Shown: in pieces, positions 20,801 through 28,600 of the stretch
Numbering within the stretch: the stretch's first letter is position 1
Layout: each line of letters opens with the position of its first letter
Made by a program: the position numbers and the translations under genes
Notes under the pieces: generated by a model
What the model was told of the DNA's origin: nothing
Database searches by the model: none
What the model saw: the letters and a program-made list of their open reading frames with translations, nothing else
Assembly: GCA_047947115.1 (NCBI GenBank)
Contig: CP170459.1
Location: forward strand, 1,888,001-1,952,000
Length of the DNA: 64,000 nucleotides
Origin: Verrucomicrobiota bacterium
GTDB taxonomy: Bacteria > Verrucomicrobiota > Verrucomicrobiia > Limisphaerales > AAA164-E04
Direction: 5' to 3'

Positions 20801-22653
20801 TTGCTTATGTTGTCGCGGTGGATGCGTTGGCGCTTGTAGTTGAGGAATTACGGACTTTCATGTCGAGGAGACTTCCAGATTACATGATCCCTGCCCACTT
20901 CGTCGCGTTGGAGGAACTTCCGATAACGCCTAATGGCAAAGTGGACACGAAAGCCTTGCCTGATCCCGATGGGGTCGGTTTAGGGGGCGGCAAGGGCGGT
21001 ATGGAGGCCCGCAACGATCAGGAAAGTACCTTGTTGGCGATTACCAGAGAGATCCTGCGGCGGACAGACATGGGGATTTTCGATAATTTCTTCTCCATGG
21101 GTGGAGATTCGATCAAGGCCATTCAGATTGCCGCTCGTCTGCATGAAATGGGGTATCGGCTTGAGGTCAGGGACATCTTTCTGCATCAGACGATGGAAGA
21201 ACTCGCCGCCGTGCTTCGTCCGGTCGACCCACCGGTGTCTCAGGAGGCCGTTCGCGGCGTGGCGCCGCTAGGGCCGACTCAGAAGTGGTTTTTCGATAGG
21301 ATTCAGGATCAAGCAGGAGGTCATCACTTCAATCAAAGCGTGCGATTGCGATTCCGTGTGCGCATGAAGCTAGAGTGGATCAAACAGGCGCTCGAACAAC
21401 TAGTGATTCATCATGATGCGTTGCGGTGCCGTTTTCGAACGAGTGATCAAGGAGATGTCATCCAGGATTATTCCGACACAACCGTTCGTTTCCGGTTGGA
21501 GACCTTGAGGTCCGTCGAGGAGGGATCTGGCTGTGATGTTCATTGTGTCCAAGCACTTCAGCGTTTGCAGGGTGGGATGTGTCCTGAAGATGGCATGTTG
21601 CTGGGGGCTTTGTTGATTCATGGGGAAGTTTACGATGAAATAGTCATTTCAATTCACCATCTCGCTGTGGATACGGTTTCCTGGAGAATTCTGGCTGAGG
21701 ATCTTGAAGCCTTATTGAACGCGGCTCGCATGGATCAATGCGTTTCGTTGCCCGAAAAAACCACATCCTACATGCAATGGGCCAGTGCGCTGCGCGAAAC
21801 CATCTCGCGGCGGCAACAGTGGTTGACCGAGGAAGAGTCCTTCTGGGAGGCGAGCATTCCCCAACAAATACCCCACTTGTTTGAAGGCCATTTGATGGAG
21901 ACGCCCGGATCGGTGGCCAACGACAGTGCGTTACGACAGGAGTTTCCGGAAGAATCAACCCAGGGCTTGCAGGCGCATGCCGCGAATCGTCCAGGTATCG
22001 GGATGATGGCCCTTTTACTGACAGCCGTCTCAAGGGCGCGCGCTACTCTGGGGGAAGTCTCACCCTTGTTTTGTGCGTTGGAGGGACATGGTCGCGACTT
22101 GTTCGTCGGGGAATCCCTTGAAGTGAATCGTACAGTGGGCTGGTTTACCCACATATACCCTATCTCGATACGACCTGATGAGTCTGGGACAGAGTCGTTC
22201 GGCGACGGATTACTGCGAATCGCCGAGGAACTTGCGCTTGTTCGAAGCAAGCAAATGCCTTTTGTCTTGACCCAATTTGGCAGGAGCTCGAGATTTCCGT
22301 TGAGCGTTAACTACCTCGGGGAGTTTGAATATTCCGCCGAGGGTGGGCTTCTTCAAAGGATCAACGGGGAAGTCGGGCTTTTGGTAGATAAACAGCTTCC
22401 ACGATTTCATGAAGCCGACTTGGTCGCAGAGATTGTCAATGGGCGATTGGTGATAACTCTCTCTTACTCGGTCGTTCAATATGAACCCGGACGTTTGAAT
22501 GATTTTTTCCGTCGCGTCATTGATGAATTGGAAACGGCCGCAAAGGTGACATCGTTCGATTGGGGGAAAAACAGTTCCGTTGCAAGTAAATTTGATGTCG
22601 AGTTCCAGGATTCGGAATTGGATGCGCTGCTGGATAGCTTGGGATCGGATTGA
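14872..22653 (+). CDS. Bimodular NRPS: C-A(Thr)-T-C-A(Ile-like)-T-E
   Basis: C HHIILDGWS and HHIITDGWS; hand-read A codes DFWNIGMVHK (Thr) and DGFFLGVTFK (Ile-like); T GGHSL and GGDSI; E HHLAVD/EGHGR/RTVGWFT. The start overlaps the upstream stop by 8 nt. Confidence 0.95.
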   Translation: MLRQEQIAETYPLTPLQEGMLFHEREGTSGQAYFEQFAFTFEGELDIDLFFSSWNEVIRRHPVLRTIFAFQKAARPMQLVLKEWEAKPEILDWRSMDSHRVDSDLETLKRDDRQRPFQLNKEPPTRWTLVMLPDRKMVVLWSHHHIILDGWSGGVLLKEVLEVYQSKLLGEVQEWKAPPSFKSFVEWLEQTDSSVGLEHWDRVMATMDEIPQLPRAVERSEDGTYVLETIKFELTRAHSQALERLALECEMTLGSLTQFLWGMVAARCAGNLHTAFLTIVSGRSPTFPGIEDSVGLFINSVPVVVAAEAEDSLKAFVERSYDAWLDSEQYHHVSLSEVQGRLGRGRHFDHLFVFINYPMDKMLDAFQQKSLGFRLVKVDVFEHSNYDLEVIVHPGDRIRFDFKYNSHVYSSEIVSGLAEAMRILLEQAGSSPNPLVSDLELVSEETRLRLMNWGKVRAPKEGVPSIIRRFHSTALQFPDRMALISEEGNVSYRALWAAVTSLAEEMREKHGIGPGDRVGVCMHSGRGMVLGILAVLHAGGVYVPLDPNYPLERLRWMVEDSQMRLLILEDELQARFEVMGVRAFLIQVFPNAQGETLEESEPGIEVGDDDPAYVIYTSGSTGNPKGCVVSHGNVAKLFQHEGFQFDFNEKDVWILAHSFCFDFSVWEMYGALLFGGVLVLPPQEARRNPVQMVRLVREHGVSVLNQTPGAFLQFVQAHFDEHECLSLGALRWVIFGGDRLEPSRLKLWIRRYPLERVRLVNMYGITETTVHVTFYRLTETDVEAGLGGRSPIGLPLPHMEAYLCDPCLKLVPPGIPGEFYIGGSGVSLGYLNRPELTEHRFLHSPFRHGERVYRTGDLGIWHPDGRLEYIGRNDTQAQIRGFRVEMGEIEVRVQQLPGVREAVAMPVSVGSGEDEAIAAYLLLEDEVKRRGEFSSEFARKFLAERIPTYMVPSFFIVLDSFPLNHNGKIDRHALPDPRVAAARASTEDMPRTEEERVISKIWAEALELDQVGIRDNFFDLGGHSLVATRIASRIYKQLGVSVPIRMFFEESTVEAIAREVEHGKPLPEEPLVAVPRQDSYPLSNAQRRMWVADQVKGGEPAYNLVARYRLQGSLNVEALQKSISWVVDRHESLRTSIHQIDGEPRQVISPRGIFSLKVHERTTGEAAEVMIAQMGKAPFDLAATSLLRVSLFPLGAQEWILVFCLHHIITDGWSLSLMAYQIGVAYESFSAGHAPGLPDLKIHYKEYADWQGRVMRSGKLTRDRSYWLERFGEHPEPLDLPYDHPRPIEKSFVGQHTRFQMDKVRLVALRTLAERNGATLFMSLTAVVKVLLERLSGNQDIVVGTPIAGRDHPDLEDQLGCYLNTLALRTTISGRASFREVLRAVRTTVTDAFEHREYPFDVLVDELQLRRDTGRAPLFDVLLGLQSQAPVLFGLSGIQVNSEPVETGSSKFDITWSFEEAEDCLMVDIEINTDLWDSERAGDFFEQFQRIVSFAVEHPDADLSELSLVTDLVRRQIESEWNPGCTPFPDMTDVASMFEERVEESPEAIALWDAGTELSYLELNGRANEVAMGLRSKFEIHPGDHVGVCVSRGTEAIVVILAILKLGAVYVPIDTSFPAERAIYLARDGECRLIVSDERQMARLSEGLPFDSDIRLVPVDRLFAQLEMVFKVDARRPDNLAYIMYTSGSTGLPKGVAVTHRSVVRLVCNTNYIDLKQGDRVLQFSNIAFDGSVFDIFGPLLNGAALVLVDEESARDLVRLRDLVMKSGANISFVTTALFNQLVDFDLNLLGKFRALLFGGQEASVDHVRRARAGSSGLKELIHVYGPTETTTFATFYPVMKLSEGCPRVPIGRPISNTSAYVLDAYLNLQPPGVPGDLYIGGPGLARGYWRHEESTRAQFIEHPFLKGERLYATGDRAMWNREGQLEFLGRRDGQVKIRGYRIELSEIENVLLGYPNLLRVAVTARSNMLDGTKEIVAYVVAVDALALVVEELRTFMSRRLPDYMIPAHFVALEELPITPNGKVDTKALPDPDGVGLGGGKGGMEARNDQESTLLAITREILRRTDMGIFDNFFSMGGDSIKAIQIAARLHEMGYRLEVRDIFLHQTMEELAAVLRPVDPPVSQEAVRGVAPLGPTQKWFFDRIQDQAGGHHFNQSVRLRFRVRMKLEWIKQALEQLVIHHDALRCRFRTSDQGDVIQDYSDTTVRFRLETLRSVEEGSGCDVHCVQALQRLQGGMCPEDGMLLGALLIHGEVYDEIVISIHHLAVDTVSWRILAEDLEALLNAARMDQCVSLPEKTTSYMQWASALRETISRRQQWLTEEESFWEASIPQQIPHLFEGHLMETPGSVANDSALRQEFPEESTQGLQAHAANRPGIGMMALLLTAVSRARATLGEVSPLFCALEGHGRDLFVGESLEVNRTVGWFTHIYPISIRPDESGTESFGDGLLRIAEELALVRSKQMPFVLTQFGRSSRFPLSVNYLGEFEYSAEGGLLQRINGEVGLLVDKQLPRFHEADLVAEIVNGRLVITLSYSVVQYEPGRLNDFFRRVIDELETAAKVTSFDWGKNSSVASKFDVEFQDSELDALLDSLGSD

Positions 22654-22684
22654 TTGGATTAACACTGAGTAGTTTTTTTGCCGG

Positions 22685-25600
22685 ATGAAAATCAAGAAAG
22701 AGCACATTCAGAACATCTGCAAATTAACTCCGCTTCAGGAGGGGATGCTCTTTCATGCCCTCTTGGACCCGGATTCAACTGCATATATAGAATTGACCCG
22801 TTACCATCTATCGGGGAATTTGGACCTGGATGCGTTTCGCTCCTCATGGGAGCAGCTGGTCGCTCGTCATGAGGCCCTGAGGACGGTGTTTTTGCACAAA
22901 AACACCCCAGAGCCGGTTCAGGTCATCCTCAAGCATCGTCCAATCGAGTTCTCATATGAAGACCTGTCTGTGTTGGATCCCGAGATTCAGGACGAAGCCT
23001 TAAACTCGCGCATGATTCAGGAAGGATCGCATAGGTTCGATCTCAGCCAAGGCCCATTGATGCGTCTCTTCGTGTGTGGGCTGTCTTCAGAGTCGCATGA
23101 GGTGTTCTGGACATATCACCACATCATTCTTGATGGTTGGAGTCTTGGGGTGTTACAGAAGGAATTCTGGGAGATATATCATGCGCTTGCAAACGGAGGG
23201 GGAGCGCATTTGAGGAAACCGGCGCCTTTTTCAAACTACGTCAAATGGTTGCGCTCCCAGTCAGTGGAATCAGCCGAGACCTATTGGAAGCATCGCTTCG
23301 CGCATCCATTGCCGCCTCCGTCATTCCAGCGGTTCGTCAAAAGGTACCCCAAAAAACCATTTTCACGTGACTCCTTTGAAGTTTTTTTCTCTAAGGAAAT
23401 ATCCGAGGGTGTTCGGTCCTTTGCCAGAAGGAATAGAATTTCCTTGAATGCGGCCTTACACGCTGGTTGGTCTATTACCCTCAATGCTGTTTTGGGAATT
23501 GAGGATGTGGTCTTCGGAGAGACCGTGTCCGGACGACACCCGGAGATCGCTGGTGTGAACGGGATGGTCGGATTGCTGATCAATGCCGTGCCTGTCCGTG
23601 TGACATTACGCCGCCAGGAATCATTGAGAGACCTCGCGCTACGGGTGCATGGGGATGCTGTGGAAGCCGAACCTTACCAATTTGCAGCCCTTCCACTCAT
23701 TCAGTCGACGGTGGGAGCGAATGGCTCCCTCTTTGACCATATTTTGGTTTTTGAAAATTATCCGGAAGCCGAGGAAACAGAGCATGCCGACTCCAGGCGT
23801 CGTTTGGTCATCAACCGATTTGAGCACGTGGATCATACGAACTACGGATTAACGGTTCAGTTCATGCCTGCGGAACAATTGGGAATTCGATTCATCTTCG
23901 ACAATAATACTTACGAACCATCCTTGTTGCACCGTGTGGCTGAAACATTCCAAAAGGCGATTAATGGTTTTTGCCACCATGGCGATTTAACGGTGGAAAA
24001 ATGGTTGCTCGAACGTGGGGGGGCAAGCCTTGTAGTCGAAAACGAGTTTTCCGTGGTTTTGACCGCCACCTTTACCGCGGATTTCTTTACAACGGGACTT
24101 GCGGCGTTCGGTCGGCTGTTTGGCCTGCCTATCCGTGTCAAGATCGCCCCCTATCATCAGGTGTGTCAGGAGTTGCTCAATCCCGGAAGCCTTACGGCAT
24201 CCAACCAGGGCATCAACATCCTGCTGGTACGGTGGGAAGATTTTCTTCCCGAGACGGATGCCAAGGAGGCGGTCACCTCCACTTTGGAAAGGGCCTTTGA
24301 GGATGTTTGCCATGCTGTGTTGGCGAGACGGGGGGCTGGGAGGTATGCATGCGTGTTGCTGCCGGTTGATCCGGGATCCTCGGAATGCGTCCAAAGGATA
24401 CAGCGTCAGTGGCGTGAATTCCTTATCCGGGAGACCAATCTGGAAGTGATCGATGGAACTCGGTTGGAACAAAATTACGCCATTGATGGAGTATTTGATT
24501 CGCAGTCTTACCGAGTTGGGAGAATACCTTTTTCCGATCAATGGTTCGCTGCGGCCAGTGCGCTGTTGTTCCGTTCTCTGATGGCTTCGAAGAAGTCCGA
24601 GTTTAAAGTGATCGCCGTCGATTGCGATTATACCCTTTGGGACGGTGTATGTGGTGAATTGGGGCCGACGGAAGTCCGGATTGGACCTTCCCACAAGGCT
24701 CTTCAGAATTACCTTGTTGAAAAGGCAGCCGAAGGTTTTCTAATCGTGCTGGTTAGTAAGAATCGGGAATCAGATGTGTGGGGGGTATTCGAGAAACACC
24801 CAGACATGCAGTTAAAACTCTCCGACTTGGTAACGACTCGAATCAATTGGAACGCGAAGTCGGATAATTTATGTTCTATCTCCAAGGAATTGAATGTTGG
24901 CTTGGATAGTTTTGTTTTTATTGATGATTCACTCGTCGAATGTTTGGAAGTGCTCAATCATGTTCCGGAAGTGCTTGTTGTCAGGGCCCCGGACGCGGAT
25001 ATCGCTGATCCGGACCTCTATTTTTCCCACGTTTGGGCTTTTGATCGATTTCGCATCACCGAAGAAGATCGGCAACGGGGAGAGATGATGCGGGCAGAGC
25101 AAGCACGGAAGCAAGCATGCAGCGAGATGTTGGTTTCCACGGATGACAACAGGAGCGGGACGCAACTGGATCGATTCATCCGCTCCTTGGAGGTCGAAGC
25201 AGACCTGCGACCAATCGCCGAGCATCAATGGGCTCGAGCGGCTCAACTGACTTTGCGCACGAATCAGTTCAATTTGACAGCCCACAGAATGTCCGAACAT
25301 GAATTGCGGGCATGGGCCGAGAATGAACAGAGTTTTGCCTGGATCGTTCGAGTGCGGGATCGCTTCGGTGATTACGGCGTTACGGGGTTGATTTGCGGTC
25401 GCGTCGAAGGTTCCGATCTCATCTTAGATCAATTCCTGTTGAGTTGCCGCATCCTTGGTCGTGGCGTTGAGGAGGCTATCTTGAAAGGGTTGAGCCAACA
25501 CCTGGATAAGAGGATCATAGGCGCCTTACGAGTTTGCTTTCTTCGGACGGAAAGAAACCAACCCGCACTGGATTTCCTCGAACGCTCGGCTTGGAGCTTG

Positions 25601-28600
25601 GTAAGGGACATGGGACAAACGGCCGAGTATCGCATAGAATTAAAATCTATCAGTCAACTCAAGATCTCGTCCAAGATTATCGTTCATCAACACCCTGAAC
25701 CGGAACAAACAGTCGAACTCGACGTTCCAATGAAATCTCCGGGCATGGCCGTAGACGAGAAACCGAATACCCAGCGCATACAAGATTGGTCGAACTGGAT
25801 CAACTTACCGGAGAGCAAGGATCCCCGTAATCGAGCCTACAGTGAAATGCTTCGATTGACTCACGCATCGTCCCTTCTTGCGTTGATAAATCAAATTTCG
25901 AACACGGACAATCCGTCTGTTTCCGTGGGAGGAAAACTCCCTCGTTCAGGAAATCGGAAAAGTCGGCCGAGCTTCGCACCTGCAACAACAGGAACTGAAA
26001 AGATACTCTTGTCGGTCTGGGAGGATTTGCTCGGATTGAACCAGATTGGAATCGACGAGGATTTTTTTGACATTGGAGGACATAGCTTAAAGGCAACGAG
26101 AATGGTATCTCGGATTCACAAGGTCTTTCAAAAGGAGATCAGTTTGAGTTCCGTGTTTGAAGAAAGGACCATCCGCCAATTAGCCCGCAAAATCGATGGA
26201 GGGCGGAACGATTGGGAAAAGATTCCGAAGCTTGCGAGCGGAGTTGAATTTGTTCTTTCACATTCCCAGCACAGGATGTGGGCCCTCCATCAGTTGGAGC
26301 AGAACTCTATAGCCTATAACAGTACGGGTTTTTACTGGATCAAAGGCGACGTTGATGTCGAACGGTTGCGAAATGCACTGGTCTCCGTTATCCAGGAACA
26401 TTGCGTCCTTCGTGCAGTTTTTCAAGATACCGAGCAAGGTCTTCGCATGATCGTTCGGGATTATGACGATTCTCAGGTTGTCATTATCACTGAAAGTGAA
26501 AGAGGCCGTCCCTTGTCGACACAGGACTTGGAACTTTATGCGAACGATATTACCCGGAAATCGTTCCGCTTGGATTGCGGTCCTCTTTTCTTGGTAAGAG
26601 TGTTGGTGATGGATTCTGGACGCATCCTGCTCGCCTTGCATATGCACCATATCGTCAGCGACGGAGGATCTCTCGATCTTTTTCAACGGGAAGTAATGAC
26701 GCGTTATTCCACAAGTCTCACGACTGATGAAAGCAGCGGTTTCGAAAGAACCAAAAAAGGAATTAGTTATCCCGATTATGCCGTTTGGCACAATCAATGG
26801 GTGGTGAGCGAATCCGGCCTTCGATCCCGTGATTATTGGATACGTCAGTTGACGAAGTTGCCACCACCGCTTCCTCTGCCGACGGATCGTACTCGACCAC
26901 CTGTCCAGTCCTTTCGGGGTGCGGCCGTGAAAATACGTTTGGCGGCACCCGAATGGGAACGTTTAGTCGAGCTTTCATTGAATGAAGGAGGTACTCGGTT
27001 TTCCGCGTTCGTGGCGATTGTTAAGATCCTGCTTCACCTGCACTCTCGGCAAGAGGACATTTTGATAGGCACTGTGGTAAGTGGGCGAGACCATCCCGAT
27101 TTGGAATCGGTCGTAGGTTTGATCGCTAACACGATCGCTTTGCGAGACATGTTGGATGAGGCATCCACCGTGAACGACGTGTTCAGTCAAGTAGCCAAAA
27201 CTTGTCGAGAAGCTTTTTCCCATCAGGGATATCCTTTTGATTTAGTGTTGGAATCCTTGAATTTGGAACGGGATCTCAGTCGTTCGGCGCTGTTTGATGT
27301 CATGGTCAATTACCATGGTGATGTTCCAAACTCCGAAGAGAATCCGATTGTCTTCGAAGAGTGGGAAATCGACTCACCTTTATCCCGCTTCGATTTGACG
27401 TTCAATGCCCTTGAATCCGAATCCGGGCTCATCGTCAAGCTCATCTACAACGTGGACATATTTGATCGGGAACGGATGGATCGGATCGGACAGCGTCTGT
27501 GCGCCTTGGCCTCCAATGCCAGTCAGGATCCTTCCGTGAAGCTCATGGAACTGAACATGCTTCCCAAACAGGAAATAGCATGGTTGCATAGCCGATTCTA
27601 TCCAGAACGCGTTGATTACCCGACTCATCTAAATCTCACGGAGATATTGGATGAAGTGGCGACAGCCCATGGCTCGACCCTGGCATTGGCATCGAACGCA
27701 TTGAGACTTACCTATTCCGAGCTGGTGACGGCGACCGTCCATATCGCGGATGCCCTTGGAGAAACGCTTGGTGACTGCCGTCGACAGATCGTAGCCGTAT
27801 CCATGACATCGCGTCCTCTTTCGGTGGTGGCAATGTTGAGTGTGATGAGGGCGGGCGGATGTTATTTGCCTGTTGATCCTTCCTATCCCAAGGAGAGAAT
27901 CGATTACCTTTTGAATGATTCTGGAGCTTGCGTGTTGATCACCGATACGGAGCGACATGAGATAGGAGACTTGGCTGGAGAACTCAAAGTGATGACGGTG
28001 GATCTTTCCTTCCTTGCCGAAATCACCGCCGGTGGGGCTTCAACTCCCCTATCGAGACGGTCTTATGCGGAGGGCTCTGATCCGGCCTATGTCATCTATA
28101 CATCGGGCTCGACCGGACGGCCCAAAGGAGTCAGCGTGACGCATCAAGCCTTTGTCAACATGATCACCCAACAGATAAAGACCTTTGATGTGCGGCCAAA
28201 TGATCGCGTTGTAATGTTCGCTTCATTGTCTTTCGATGCATCTTTGTCGGAGATTTTTATGGCGCTATTGAGCGGCGCAACACTTTACTGTCCGTCGCGG
28301 GAATGCATTCTGGACGGACGCCGACTGGTCGAATACATCCAAGACGAACAGATCACCATAGCCACCTTACCTCCACTGTATCTCAGGGCGCTGGGGCAAC
28401 CGGATCTAGGAACACTGAAAACACTGATTACAGCTGGTGAATCCGCGGTGCCCAAAGATGCGGCACATTATTCCAAGGATGGACGCCTGCAATATATCAA
28501 CGCTTACGGTCCCACAGAATGTTCCGTATGCACGAGTATGTTTCTTGTTCCTCGGGGATGGCGGGGAGAAAAGGTTCCCATTGGCAAACCTCTGGACAAC

